Source: Octopus sinensis
Taxonomy: Eukaryota
Assembly: GCF_006345805.1 (NCBI RefSeq)
Contig: NC_043023.1
Location: 15,686,001 to 15,750,000, forward strand
Direction of reading: 5' to 3'
DNA length: 64,000 nt
Positions within the stretch are counted from its first letter, which is position 1, and each line of letters opens with the position of its first letter. The translations under genes were made by a program, and so were the position numbers. Under the pieces are notes generated by a model, which was not told where the DNA came from, made no database searches, and saw nothing but the letters and a program-made list of their open reading frames with translations. Positions 21,801 to 36,256 of the stretch are shown here, piece after piece.

Positions 21801-23513
21801 ATGAATTCTCAGGAGACGATAAAAAAAAGAGAAAAATTATCATACAAATGTGATATTTGTAAAAGGACTTTTTCTAATACAGCAAGCCTCACTGTTCACA
21901 AATGTACTGATCCAGGTGGAAAGCAATATTACTGTGATATTTGTGGTAAATCATTCACTCATAAGAGTAGCCTTACTTTTCACAAATATGTTCATACAGG
22001 AGAGAAACCATATCACTGCGAAAACTGTGATAAATCCTTCTCACTAAAACGTTATTTAATTTCTCACAAACTTACACATACTCATGAAAAGCCATATCAC
22101 TGCGATATTTGTGGTAAATCTTTCTCTCAGAAAAGTAGCCTTAATTCTCACAAATACCTTCATACGGGAGAGAAACCATATAAATGTGATATTTGTGTTA
22201 AATCTTTTCCACTAAGACGTTATTTAACCATTCACAAACATATTCATGCTCGTGAGAAGCCACATCAGTGTGATATTTGTGGTAAATCATTCTCTCAAAA
22301 AGGTCACCTAAATTCTCACAAATACATTCATACAGGAGAGAAACCATATTCTTGTGATATATGTGGAATGGCATTCTCTCAGAAGATTAGTCTTACTTCT
22401 CACAAATCCATTCACACAGGAGAGAAACCATATCACTGTGATATTTGTGGTAAATCCTTTTCACAAAAGAGTTATGTAACTACTCACAAACTCACTCATA
22501 CCAATGAGAAGCCATATCTATGCAATATTTGTGGTGAATCATTCTTTCAAAAGAGTGGCCTCACTCATCACAAATCCATTCATACTGGAGAGATAGCATA
22601 TCAATGTGATGTTTGTGGTAAATCATTCTCTCAAAAAAGTCACCTTACTTCTCATAAATACATTCATACAGGAGAGAAACCATATCAGTGTGATATTTGT
22701 GGCAAATCCTTCTCTCAGAAATGTCACCTTACTTCTCATAAATACATTCATACAGGAGAGAAACCATATCAGTGTGATATTTGTGGTAAATCCTTCTCTC
22801 AAAAATGTAACCTTTCTTCTCACAAATTCATTCATACAGAAGAAAAACCATATCACTGTGATATCTGTGATAAATCTTTTTCACAAAGAAGTTATTTAAC
22901 TACTCACAAACTTTCTCATACTCATGAGAAACCATTTCACTGTGATACTTGTGGAAAATCATTCTCTCAAAAAAGTAGCCTTACTTCTCACAAATCTATT
23001 CATACGGGAGAGAAAGCATATCAGTGTCATATCTGTGGTAGATCATTCTCTCAAAAATGTGGCCTTACTTACCACAAATCCAGTCATACTGGAGAGAAGC
23101 CATATCAGTGTGATATCTGTGGTAAATCATTCTTTCAAAAATGTCATGTTACTTATCATAAATACACTCATACAGGAGAGAAACCATATCAGTGTGATAT
23201 CTGTGGTAAATCATTCTCCTGTTCAAGCTCTTTAACTTCCCATAAATACATTCACACAGGTGAGAAACCATATCACTGTAATATCTGTGGTATGGCATTC
23301 TCTCAAAAAAGCAATTTATCTGTGCACAGACGCACTCATACAGGAGAGAAGCCATATGCCTGCGATTTTTGTGGAAAATCATTTTCTTCTCGTGACAATT
23401 TAAACTCTCATAAATCCAATCATGCTGGAGAGAAAGCATATTCTTGTGATATCTGTGGTAAATCATTCTGTGGAAGAAAATATTTAACTGATCACAAACT
23501 GATTCATACATAA
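21801..23513 (+). CDS. C2H2 zinc-finger protein C (570 aa, 20 finger units, first one degenerate)
   Basis: ATG in the same CAGAACAATAATG context as its paralogues; the ORF-track start at 21663 is a non-ATG extension. The finger array is intact. Confidence 0.93.
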   Translation: MNSQETIKKREKLSYKCDICKRTFSNTASLTVHKCTDPGGKQYYCDICGKSFTHKSSLTFHKYVHTGEKPYHCENCDKSFSLKRYLISHKLTHTHEKPYHCDICGKSFSQKSSLNSHKYLHTGEKPYKCDICVKSFPLRRYLTIHKHIHAREKPHQCDICGKSFSQKGHLNSHKYIHTGEKPYSCDICGMAFSQKISLTSHKSIHTGEKPYHCDICGKSFSQKSYVTTHKLTHTNEKPYLCNICGESFFQKSGLTHHKSIHTGEIAYQCDVCGKSFSQKSHLTSHKYIHTGEKPYQCDICGKSFSQKCHLTSHKYIHTGEKPYQCDICGKSFSQKCNLSSHKFIHTEEKPYHCDICDKSFSQRSYLTTHKLSHTHEKPFHCDTCGKSFSQKSSLTSHKSIHTGEKAYQCHICGRSFSQKCGLTYHKSSHTGEKPYQCDICGKSFFQKCHVTYHKYTHTGEKPYQCDICGKSFSCSSSLTSHKYIHTGEKPYHCNICGMAFSQKSNLSVHRRTHTGEKPYACDFCGKSFSSRDNLNSHKSNHAGEKAYSCDICGKSFCGRKYLTDHKLIHT

Positions 23514-24899
<1,386 letters not shown>

Positions 24900-24900
<1 letters not shown>

Positions 24901-25530
24901 ATTTTAGAGAGCAGCTTTTATTAGAGAATGTGTACACTGACTATAGAATTATAAAAGGCCACATCAAAATTGGTAAAGGAGTCAGACCAGGGGACACCAT
25001 GTCACTTAAGTTATTCACATCATCATCGTTTAACGTTCGCTTTCCATGCTAGCATGTGTTGGATGGTTTAACTGGGGTATGGGAAGCCCGAAGGCTGCAC
25101 CAGGCCCAGTCTGATCTGGTAGTGTTTCTACAGCTGGATGCCCTTCCTAACGCCAACCACTCCATGGGTGCTTTCAGACGAAGCTGGCAACAGCCATGAT
25201 CGGATGGTGCTTTTTACGTGCCACCGGCACGGAGGCCAGTCAGGACGCCGCTGGCTACGGCCCCGTTCGGATGGTTCTCTTATGTGCCACCGGCCTTGGT
25301 ATCACAGCTACAAATTCCATTGATGTTGATCGATTGTGATTTTGATTTGATTCTCACATCTGTATACAAAATTTTTTAAACGCTTTTATTGGTCAAATAA
25401 AGAAATAAAATAAAAGGATGCATGCTAAATCATCTCAAATATGCTGAAGATATTGTACTCCCTTCCATGAGCATTTTTTTTTATATATACATTCAACGGA
25501 AATGCTCAGAGAATTAAAAAACAGAAAGCA
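24900..25530 (+). mobile_element. Decayed RTE RT fragment interrupted by an RTE 3' UTR insertion (25016-25352)
   Basis: IKIGKGVRPGDTMSLKLFT and later LNHLKYAEDIVL (YADD-like). Confidence 0.6.
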
Positions 25531-25849
25531 AAAATTGTGGACTTAAAATTCATGCCAGGCACCAAGCAGGTATTTATGTTGGAAATGTGGTTAGAATGAT
25601 ACCATGAAAGATTAGAAGACCAATTCTTAAAGCAGACTTGACTGGCAGGAGACCTTGAGGTGGACTATGAGTAAGATGGTTGATTAATATCCGAAATCTC
25701 AAATTGGTTATGCTTTGGAATCCAGCAGTAAAGTTTAATGATGTTTGCTTCTAAAAGGACACTCAACGGAAATGCTCAGAGAAGGCGAGCTGGCAGAAAT
25801 GTTAGCACGCTGGGCAAAATGCTTAGCGGTATTTCGTCTGCTGTTACTT

Positions 25850-26290
25850 TCATCATCATCATCATCATAATCGTTTAACGTCCGCTTTCCATGCTAGCAT
25901 GGGTTGGACGGTTCAACTGGGGTCTGGGGAGCCCGAAGGCTGCACCAGGCCCAGTCTGATCTGGCAGTGTTTCTACAGCTGGATGCCCTTCCTAACGCGA
26001 ACCACTCCGAGAGTGTAGTGGGTGATTTTATGTGCCACCGACACAGGTGCCAGACGAGGCTGGCGAACGGCCACGCTCGGATGGTGTTTTTTATGTGCCA
26101 CCGACACAGGTGGCAGACGGCCATGCTTGGATGGTGTTTTTCATGTGCCACCGACACAGGTGCCAGACGGCCATGCTCGGATGGTGTTTTTTTATGTGCC
26201 ACCGACACAGGTTCCAGACGAGGCTGGCAAACGGCCACGCTTGGATGGTGTTTTTTTTTTATGTGCCACCGACACAGGTGCCAGACGAGC
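25850..26290 (-). mobile_element. RTE 3' UTR with an internal ~50-bp tandem repeat
   Basis: Five copies of ATGTGCCACCGACACAGGT...GGATGGTGTTTTT in 26030-26290. Confidence 0.75.
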
Positions 26291-26709
26291 TCAAATTCTG
26301 CCGAGGTCGACTTTGCCTTTCATCCTTTTGGGGTCGATAAATTAAGTTCCAGTTGCGCACTGGAGTCGATGTAATCGACTTAATCCATTTGTCTGTCCTT
26401 GTTTGTCCTCTCTGTGTTTAGCCCCTTGTGGGTAGTAAAGAAATAAGTATTTCTTCTTATGTTCTATATACTCCGAAAGAGCAAAAGGATTACACCATGT
26501 GAAGCCCTCACCGCAATACTAGATATGCTAAAAATAACAGCTAAATGTCGAATTTTTGTGTTTGTGTGCACGTGCATGCAATAATTTCTATAGCTTATCC
26601 GAAAGAACAGAGAAAGAAGGACATAAAATATATTTTACATACCTGTTGTATACGTCGGGTTTTTTTTTTTTGCTTTAAAGGTAAATGATTCTGATAGAAC
26701 CTCTCTCTC

Positions 26710-26964
26710 TTTTACTTGTTTCAGTCATTTGACTGCGGCCATGCTGGAGCACCGCCTTTTACTCGAGCAAATCGACCCCAGGACTTATTCTTATGTAAGC
26801 CCAGTACTTATTCTATCGGTCTCTTTTGTCGAACTGTTAAGTAACGGGGACGTAAACATACCAGCATCGGTTGTCAAGCGATGTTGGGGGTACAAACACA
26901 GACACACATATACATACATATATATATATATATTATATATATATATATATATAATATATATATA

Positions 26965-26997
<33 letters not shown>

Positions 26998-27150
26998 CAC
27001 GACAGGCTTCTTTCAGTTTCCGTCTACCAAATCTACTCACAAGGCTTTGGTCGGCCCGAGGCTATAGTAGAAGAACTTGCCCAAGGTGCCACGCAGGGGG
27101 ACTGAACCCGGAACTGTATGGTTGGTAAGCAAGCTACTTACCACACAGCC
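26710..27150 (-). mobile_element. SINE family 1
   Basis: Reverse complement of the 5734-6110 family with a TA microsatellite. Confidence 0.8.
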
Positions 27151-27267
27151 ACTCAATTATTTTGTTCTCAATTCGTTGGAGCAATCCCAACGAAATACTA
27201 CAAGTTTAGTCACTGGCTCAGCACCTATGTTTGTATTCTTCATTCCAAAATGATAAAAATCTTTAAC

Positions 27268-28097
27268 ATACTTCCAAACGGGACTTCATCAATGTGTATC
27301 CACGTGCGTATATGTGTGTGTGGGGGCACGGCTCGCGATAAACATTTACAGAAATGATTTTGCACAATGTTACACATCTGAATTTCTGGATCTTTTGCCT
27401 TTTGACCGACAGATTTTAAAAATATTTTTTTGTAACTAAACACATTCAAACTTCTTCATTTATATAGAAGATCGAAAATAAAATCATAGATGGCGCAGGA
27501 GTGGCTGTGTGGTAAGTAGCTTGTTTACCAACCACATGGTTCCGGGTTCAGTTCCACTGCATGGCATCTTGGGCAAGTGTCTTCTACTATAGCCTCGGGC
27601 CGACCAAAGCCTTGTGAGTGGATTTGGTTGACGGAAACTGAAAGAAGCCCGTCGTATATATGTATATATATGTGTGTCTATGTTTGTCCCCCTAGCATTG
27701 CTTGACAACCGATGCTGGTGTGTTTATGTCCCCGTCACTTAGCGGTTCGGTAAAAGAGACCGATAGAATAAGTACTGGGCTTACAAAGAATAAGTCCCGG
27801 GGTCGATTTGCTCGACTAAAGGCGGTGCTCCAGCATGGCTGCAGTCAAATGACTGAAACAAGTTAAAGAGTATACTTCCAAACGGGACTTCATCAATGTG
27901 TATCCACGTGCGTATACGTGTGTGTGGGGGCAGGGCTCACGATAAACATTTACAGAAATGAATTTGCACAATGTTACACATCTGAATTTCTGGATCTTTA
28001 CCTTTTGACCGACAGATTTAAAAGATATTTTTTTGTAACTAAACACATTCAAACTTCTTCATTTATATAGAAGATCGAAAATAAAATCACAGATGGC
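27268..28097 (+). repeat. ~225-bp direct repeat (27268-27494, 27872-28097) flanking a SINE family 1 copy (27492-27871)
   Basis: ATACTTCCAAACGGGAC...AGATGGC is present twice with scattered substitutions. Confidence 0.85.
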
Positions 28098-29054
28098 AAA
28101 AAGAGAAATGAACTCATAATCCAGCAAGAAAGGTATTAAAAAGATGTGTGGAGGTGCAATGGCTCAGTGGTTAGGGCAGCAAGACTCACGGTTTCGATTC
28201 CCAGACCGGGTATTGTGTGTGTTTATTGAGCAAAAGCACCTCCGACAGGGGGTGGTGGTGACCTCTGCCGTACTCTTTCGCTCCAACTTTCTCTCGCTCT
28301 TTCTTCCTATTTCAGTGGGACTGAACCCGGAACCATGTGGTTGGTAAGCAAGCTGCTTACTACACAGCCACTCCTGCGCCTATGTATCTTCTCTGTGGCG
28401 AGCTGGCAGAAACGTTAGCACACCGGGCGAAATGCGTAGCCGTATTTCGTCTGCCGTTACGTTCTGAGTTCAAATTCCGCCGAGGTCGACTTTGCCTTTC
28501 ATCCTTTCGGGGTCGATAAATTAAGTACCAGTTACGCACTGGGGTCAATATAAACGACTTCATCCGTTTGTCTGTCCTTGTTTGTCCCCTCTGTGTTTAG
28601 CTCCTTGTGGGTAGTAAAGAAATATATGTATCTTCTCTGTGGCAAAACACTTATTCCTTGGCGCAAAATCATTTCTTTACCTCCTTAAACATTCTCTCCT
28701 CTTTTCCGATTATTTCACGTCCTACCTAGCAATCCCACGAGTGCTTGTAGCAAGAAACAAGGACCCACTACGCAGTGTAAAATCGTTTGTGCTAGAAGGA
28801 CATCCACATCTGGAAACCATACCAAAGCTGAAATGGATTGATAAGGAATATGAGGGAGGAAGGAATGAAGAAAGCAGCGATGGGAGGAACGATGGATGGA
28901 TGGACACGAAACTACGTGCATGCTGGCATACACACACGCATACTTCAATACATAGAAACATGCATGTTTTATATAATTCTATAATTAAACTGTGTCCATT
29001 CTGCAGTATCAGCTCTTAGGTTTCGTTGAGCAAAGCAATACCTGAACATATTTT

Positions 29055-29737
29055 GGATCTTTTCCTTTTGAACGGCACTTTTCAACGCAATTTCTAGTTA
29101 ACTAAACACTTTTAAATTTCGTATACTGTCAAAATAAAACATCGTTTTCTCTTGGTTTTATTGAGAAAATTGTAATTCGTTTGTTTAACGTAGTTTAATT
29201 TTTCGAATTTTAACCAATCCTATTGAGCTAAAATCATTTGCTGCGTCTAAAACTGAGACAACATCCTGTCACTAACCCTAACCCTAAATTTTAGCCTTTT
29301 GTTTTTTTTTCTTAATTGTTAAATTAATTTAATTGTTACACGTGTACGGAAAGCGTTTGCATAAAATTATAGAATTATTTTGTTTGTTAATTGTTTAAAT
29401 TATTTTCCATTGCTTTAGTTTTTTTACACGCGTAACAATTAAATTAATTTAACAATTAAGAAAGAAAAAATTTAGAGTTAGGGTGAGGTTTGGGATTAAT
29501 GACAGGATGTTGTCTCAGTTTTAGATGCAGCAAATGATTTTAGCCAAATAGAGGGCATAGGATTGGTTAAAATTCGAAAAATTAAACTATGTTAAACAAA
29601 CAAATTACAATTTTCTCAATAAAGCCAAGAGAAAAAAAGATGTTTTCTTTTGACACATTCTACCAGTATACGAAGTTTTAAAGTGTTTGGTTAACTGGAA
29701 ATTGTGTTGAAAACTGCCGTTCAAAAGGAAAAGATCC
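29055..29737. mobile_element. Foldback MITE, almost fully palindromic, GG-terminal TIR, 8-bp TSD
   Basis: GGATCTTTTCCTTTTGAACGGCA ... TGCCGTTCAAAAGGAAAAGATCC. The arms pair inward to about 29350/29420, and the flanks are CATATTTT / CTTATTTT (7 of 8 match). Confidence 0.88.
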
Positions 29738-30159
29738 CTTATTTTTAATCTGGTAGCTATACAATCGGACTCTCTCCCTCTAGAACTAAGTTACAGGACG
29801 CTCTAGAACTAAATTACAGGAATGTAAACAAACCAACAATGGTTTTCGAAAACTGATGGGAGTAACACACGTGTCTTTCTGTCTTCCCCCAACCTCTACC
29901 TCATCCCATCACTGTCTGACAAGCTGTGTCTGTGTAACTTTGGGCTTCGGTGTCACAATAACATAGAATTAGCAATAAAATTGAAAATAAATAGTCTTGT
30001 ATTTATATCTTTGTATCTTTTGCCATTAATCGGATTTTTTTCTTGCAATTCACATTTTCAAAGAATAATTATAGCAATAAAAACATTAAAAACTGGCCAT
30101 CTTAGTTTTAACATCCAACAAAAAGAGTCGTAATGTGAAGTAAAAAATAAAAAATCCTA

Positions 30160-30290
30160 ATTTTTCTCGTTTCGTTGATGTTCCTTGTTGGCTTTTTGAA
30201 GTGTCTTCAAATGAAATTTCCCGGTAAATCGCTTATTTGTGTAATTAAGGATATTTCACATTAAACACCAATTCAAATAACATAACAGGT
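30160..30290 (+). promoter_or_regulatory. Putative promoter / exon 1 serving gene D, donor GT 30289-30290 (acceptor AG 34682-34683)
   Basis: CTCGTTTCGTTGATGTTCC motif and CATAACAG|GTAAGG donor. Confidence 0.5.
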
Positions 30291-30333
30291 AAGGTATAAT
30301 ATTTTATTTTTGATAAAAGACTATGTATCTGGC

Positions 30334-31954
30334 GGTTAAACTAAAGCGTAATAAAAAATGTGTGTAATAGGTGTAAAACAACTTCCTATGAACGAATATG
30401 AAAAAAAAAATGCCCGCACGCGAAAGGGGGGTGGGGGAGAGGCCTCGGAAAATTCACATCGGGAATTTCCGAAAGCGTCTGAGGGGCTGACCCGGGCACC
30501 AAAACAAACAAAAAATAGTGTAATATGTGTAAAACAACTTGCTCTAAACAAATATGACAAAAAAAATGCAAGTTGTTTTACACATATTACATTATTTTTT
30601 TTTTTGTTTTGGTTTGTATCTTTGTTGAACATCAATGGAATTTGGAATTTGTATCTTTGTGGTACCAGTACCGTTGGCACACAAGAAAACCATCCAAACG
30701 TGGCCGTAGCCAGTACCGCATCGACTGGCCTCTGTGACGTGGGCACATAACAAACACCATCCGATCGTGGCCGTTCGCCAGCCTCATCTGGCACCTGTGT
30801 CGGTGGCACATAAAAACACCAACCTAAGACCCGGCAAGACTAGTGAAGCCATAACCCGTGGCCCCTACTTGGGACGTAGTCAGTCCACCTGTGCATACCT
30901 TCCTTCCTTCCTGTGACACTTGAGGCAAGTGAAAATCAAATCAAATCAAATCAAAATAGATGAACATCAATGGAATTTGTATCTTTGTGGTACCAGTGCC
31001 GGTGGCACACAAGAAAACCATCCGAACGTGGCCGTAGCCAGTACCGCATCGATGGCCTCCGTGCTGTGGGCACTTAACAAACACCATCCGATCGTGGCCG
31101 TTCGCCAGCCTCATCTGGCACCTGTGTCGGTGGCACATAAAAACACCATCCGAAGACCTGGCAAGACTAGTCAGGCCATAACCCGTGGCCCCTACCTGGG
31201 ACGTAGTCAGTCCACCTGTGCATACCTTCCTTCTTGTGACACTTGTGAAGACCTGTTGAGGCAAGTGAAAATCAAATCAAATCAAAACAAATCAAAATAG
31301 ATGAACATCAATGGAATTTGTATCTTTGTGGTACCAGTGCCGGTGGCACACAAGAAAATCATCCGAACGTGGCCGTAGCCAGTACCGCATAGACTGGCCT
31401 CCGTGCTTTGGGACGTACAAAAACACCATCCGATCGTGGCCGTCCGCCAGCCTCATCTGGCACCTTGTCGGTGGCACATAAAAACACCATCCGAGCGTGG
31501 CCGTCTGCCAGCCTCGTCTGGCACCTGTGTCGGTGGCACAAAAACACCATCCGAGCATGGCCGTTCGCCAGCCTCGTCTGGCACCTGTGTCGGTGGCACA
31601 TAAAATCACCCACTACACTCTCGGAGTGGTTGGCGTTAGGAAGGGCATCCAGCTGTAGAAACACTGCCAGATCTGACTGGCCTGGTGCAGCCTTCGGGCT
31701 CCCCAGACCCCAGTTGAACCGTCCAACCCATGCTAGCATGGAAAACGGACGCTAAATGATGATGATGATGGTGCCCGGGTCAGCCCCTCAGACGCTTTCG
31801 GAAATTCCCGATGTGAATTTTCCGAGGCCTCTCCCCCACCCCCCTTTCGCGTGCGGGCATTTTTTTTTCATATTCGTTCATAGGAAGTTGTTTTACACCT
31901 ATTACACACATTTTTTTTTTGATTCTCTGAATGGCGTAACGCTTTAGTTTAACC
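30334..31954. mobile_element. MITE with long TIRs (GGTTAAACTAAAGCGT...), perfect 8-bp TSD TATCTGGC, carrying nested RTE 3' UTR copies (~30610-31770)
   Basis: 30334-30501 is the reverse complement of 31771-31954. The TSD lies at 30326-30333 and 31955-31962, and the empty paralogous site is at 37941-37948. Confidence 0.9.
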
Positions 31955-32215
31955 TATCTGGCTAATAGGAAACTCCAGGCAGTAGTGAAAGTTTTAAATG
32001 TTAGTCTGAGAGCGAAATTAATTCTATTCTTTAGTAAACTTGATGAATAATGCCAAGAAAATCTGGATTTTACTTAGCATGGCCATGAAAAAGCAACAAA
32101 TTTTTAATCTCTTTAATTGTAGTAGATATTCTATTTGTTGATAGTGTCCCTTCAAAGCCGTCTATTGTTTTATCATAAAGCACAAATAGCTGACTGCAAC
32201 ATGAGGCCAGTGATA

Positions 32216-33130
32216 CCTATATTTTTACTGCCAACAAGGGGCTAAACACAGAGAGGACAAACAAGGACAGACAAACGGATTAAGTCGATTATATCGACCC
32301 CAGTGTGTAACTGGTACTTATTTAATCGACCCTGAAAGGATGAAAGGCAAAGTCAACCTCGGCGGAATTTGAACCCAGAACGTAACGGCAGACAAAATAC
32401 CTATTTCTTTATTACCCACAAGGGGCTAAACACAGAGGGGACAAACAAGGACAGACATAGGTATTAAGTCGATTACATCGACTCAGTGCGTAACTGGTAC
32501 TTAATTTATCGACCCCGAAAGGATGAAAGGCAAAGTCAACCTCGGTGGAATTTGAACTCAGAACGTAACGGCAGACGAAATACCGCTAAGCATTTCGTCC
32601 GACGTATCGTAAAACAAGATTCACAAACCTATTCATACCGGATTCATATGAGTGTGTTATCTCTACCAAATCATTCTCTCAATAATATACCTCAACTGAA
32701 CATATTTATTCAGACTGATCAATAAGGAGGTGAAAGTAAAAAATACGGTCTCACTGTGTTTAGGGTTCGGGTGGTGTACATATTCTTTACCTCCGCCTAA
32801 TAACGGTATCTCATTTATTTACTACCCACAAGGGGCTAAACACAAACGTAGCGGCAGACGAAATACTGCTAAGCATTTCGCCCAGCGTGCTAACGTTTCT
32901 TATTTCTTTATTGCCCACGAGGGGCTAAACATAGAGGGGACAAACAAGGACAGACAAAGAGATTAAGTCGATTATATCTACACCAGTGTGTAACTGATAT
33001 TTATTTAATCGACCCCGAAAGGATGAAATGCATAGTCGACCTCGGCGGAATTTGAACTCAGAACATAAAGACAGACGAAATACCACTAAGAATTTCGCCC
33101 TGCATGCTAACGTTTCTGCCAGCTCGCCAC
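32216..33130 (-). mobile_element. Clusters of tandem SINE family 2 units
   Basis: Repeated TATTTCTTTATT(A/G)CCCAC(A/G)AGGGGCTAAAC tails at ~32225, 32402, 32815 and 32901. Confidence 0.75.
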
Positions 33131-33509
33131 CTTATAATGATATCTCAGTGATAAAATAGATGTCCTGATGAATAAAACAGAGCAATTGTATTACTTTTTA
33201 TTGAGCAAATTAATTTTTTACATTTTCCTCATTTACATCAACTCACTAATTATGATGTGTATCTTTCATATAAACTATTGATTGAATTCATTTGTTCTGG
33301 TTTCATGTAGATATAACCACAAGAGGTTGGAAATGTGGTTATGTGTGCGTGTGTCTTCACAAGCATTTCACAGATATAGGTTTTTAAACTAAAATTTATG
33401 TATGTATATATATATGTGTGTGTATATATATGTATGTATATATATGTGTGTGTGTGTATGTGTATATATATATGTATATATATATTTATATATATATATA
33501 AGTATCTTA

Positions 33510-34170
33510 CTGGCACTTGTGCCCGTGCTAGTAGGGTGCCAAGAACACCATCCGAGCATGATCGTTGCCAGAGCAGCCAACTGGCTTCTGTACCCGTGGC
33601 ACGTAAAAGGGCACCATTCGAGCGTGATCTTTACCAACGCCGCTTCACTGGCACCTGTGTCGGTGGCACATGTAAAAAGATTTGAGCGAGGTCATTGCCA
33701 GTACTGCCTGACTGGCCCCCATGCTGGTGGCATGTAAAAGCACCCACTACACTCTTGGAGTGGTTGGCGTTAAGAAGGGCTTCCAGCTGTAGAAACTCTG
33801 CCAGATCAAGATTGGAGCCTGGTGCAGCCATCTGGTTCGCCAGCCCTCAGTCAAACCGTCCAACCCATGCTAGCATGGAAAACGGACGTTAAACAATGAT
33901 GATGATGATGATGATGATGATATATATATATATATATATTGATGGAAATGGTAAAAAATTCGAGCGAGGTTGTTGTCAGTACCGCCTGACTGGCCCCTGT
34001 GCCGGTGGCATGTAAAAGCACCCACTACACTCTCGGAGTGGTTGGCATTAGGAAGGGCTTCCAGCTGTAGAAACTCTGCCAGATCAAGACTGGAGCCTGG
34101 TGCAACCATCCGGTTCGCCAGCCCACAGTCAAACTGTCCATGGAAAACGGACGTTAAACGATGATGATGT
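33510..34170 (+). mobile_element. Two tandem RTE 3' UTR fragments with GAT tails
   Basis: GGAAAACGGACGTTAAAC(A/G)ATGATGAT ends at ~33900 and ~34165. Confidence 0.7.
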
Positions 34171-34988
34171 CATTATCACACTAATGTATTACATCCCAGT
34201 TCCCATCCATGATCGGGTGTTCCCTACTTGACATACTTAGGGAACCCTGTATCTGCATCCTTTGTTACTACCGCTCCACGCCTCCCGAAACAAGCTAGAG
34301 GTTTATTGCTGTTTGTCACAGTGTTAGGTGGAGGCTGCAATATAATTTTCAAAAGCCTTACGGAAAGACTTCCACCTGTCCTCCAGCCCCATTTTCTCCC
34401 AAATTTGTGTTTTTAAAAAATTGTTTTTGCCAAAAATCCCCCGTGGCAAGACTTCTGCCCGTCCCTCCCTCCAAACCACCCTTCTTTAAAACTTAATTTT
34501 TGTCACATTACACAAGGTTGTATAATATAATTTTGATAACGAAATAAATTTTCAAGACTAATTATTGGGGTAAAAGTTTAAATCCACAGTTTATCATTAT
34601 GAAAATGTAATTACATTTTCTTTTGTTGAATCCCTGCTTTTTAAGTCTTTCCTATATCTTCTACTGTTTCTGTGTCATTTCAGAATGTGAGATGTTAGTG
34701 GTATAAAGGAGTTTTTACATCGGATACATCATGAATATTGATCATCACTTGAAGACTAATGGAAGATATTATAAATAATATATATCACCCTGTTTCTATA
34801 AAAAATCTCTGGCAAATAACTGAAATAAGTATTTGACCTGCTGCTTGAACTTGGAGAAATCTGCAAAGGTGTTTGTATTACCTTCAGATATTCACAAAGA
34901 TCAGATCAGCTGTGATTATAGCTGTAGAACTTTTTGAATCAACAGAGCAATATATAAAGAAGAAAAAAAAAAAACATTTTGAACAATA

Positions 34989-36125
34989 ATGAATCCTCAA
35001 GAGATGACAAAAGAAAAAGAAGAATTATTATACCAATGTGATATCTGTAAAAAGTCTTTATCTAGTAAGGGAAATCTTGCTGTTCACAAATGTATTCATG
35101 CACGTGGAAAGCAATATAACTGTGATATTTGTGATAAATCATTCTCTCAGAAAAGTAGCCTTACCAATCACAAATACATTCATACAGGGGAGAAACCATA
35201 TAACTGTGATATTTGTGGTAAATCATTCTCTCAGAAAAGTAACCTTACCACTCACAAATACACTCATACAGGAGAGAAACCATATCACTGTGATATTTGT
35301 GGTAAATCATTCTCTCAAAAAAGTCACCTTTCTTCTCACAAATGCATTCATACAGAACAGACACCATATAACTGTGATATTTGTGGTAAATCATTCTCTC
35401 AGAAAAGTAACTTTAACTCTCACAAATCCTTTCATACAGGAGAGAAACCATATAACTGTGATATTTGTGGTAAATCATTCTCTCAAAGGACTGGCCTTTC
35501 TTATCACAAATCTGTTCATACTGGAGAGAAACCAAATCAGTGTGATATCTGTGGTAAATCATTCTCTCGAAAGACTGTCCTAACTTCTCACAAATCCATT
35601 CATACAGGAGAGAAACCATATAACTGTGATATTTGTGGTAAATCCTTCTCTTATAGGAGTAGCCTTTCTTTTCACAAATCCGTTCATACTGGAGAGAAAC
35701 CATATCATTGTAATACCTGTGGTAAATCTTTTTCACAAAGAAGTTATTTAACTGCTCATGAACTTACTCATACTCATGAAAAGCCACATCATTGCGATAT
35801 TTGTGGTAAATCATTCTCTCAACAGACTGGCCTTACTTACCATAAATCCGTTCATACTGGAGAGAAACCACATTACTGTGATATTTGTGGTAAATCATTC
35901 TCTCAAAAAAGTAGCCTTACTTATCACAAATACACTCATACAGGGGAGAAACCACATCACTGTGATATCTGTGGTAAATCATTCTCTCTTTTGAGCTCTT
36001 TAACCTCTCATAAATACATTCACACAGGTGAGAAACCATATCACTGTAATATCTGTGGTATGTCATTCTCTCAAAAAAGTAGTTTATCTGTACACAAACG
36101 CACTCATACAGGAGAGAAGCCATAG
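34989..36125 (+). CDS. C2H2 zinc-finger protein D (378 aa, 13 fingers)
   Basis: Intact ORF with [12 protein letters not shown] leader and a TAG stop after TGEKP. Confidence 0.93.
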   Translation: MNPQEMTKEKEELLYQCDICKKSLSSKGNLAVHKCIHARGKQYNCDICDKSFSQKSSLTNHKYIHTGEKPYNCDICGKSFSQKSNLTTHKYTHTGEKPYHCDICGKSFSQKSHLSSHKCIHTEQTPYNCDICGKSFSQKSNFNSHKSFHTGEKPYNCDICGKSFSQRTGLSYHKSVHTGEKPNQCDICGKSFSRKTVLTSHKSIHTGEKPYNCDICGKSFSYRSSLSFHKSVHTGEKPYHCNTCGKSFSQRSYLTAHELTHTHEKPHHCDICGKSFSQQTGLTYHKSVHTGEKPHYCDICGKSFSQKSSLTYHKYTHTGEKPHHCDICGKSFSLLSSLTSHKYIHTGEKPYHCNICGMSFSQKSSLSVHKRTHTGEKP

Positions 36126-36256
36126 CACTGTGATATCTGCAATAAACCATTCTGTGTAAGAAAATATTTAAGTAATCACAAGTCCACTCATACTAAAGAG
36201 AAATTATATCACTGTGATGTCTGTGGCAAATCATTCTCAAGAACATGCTATGTATA

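Noticed and set aside
25894-31947. Many 60-160 aa ORFs with CATDTGARRG / MCHRHRCQT repeats
   Set aside because: They are translations of the tandem repeat in the non-coding RTE 3' UTR and of SINE bodies.
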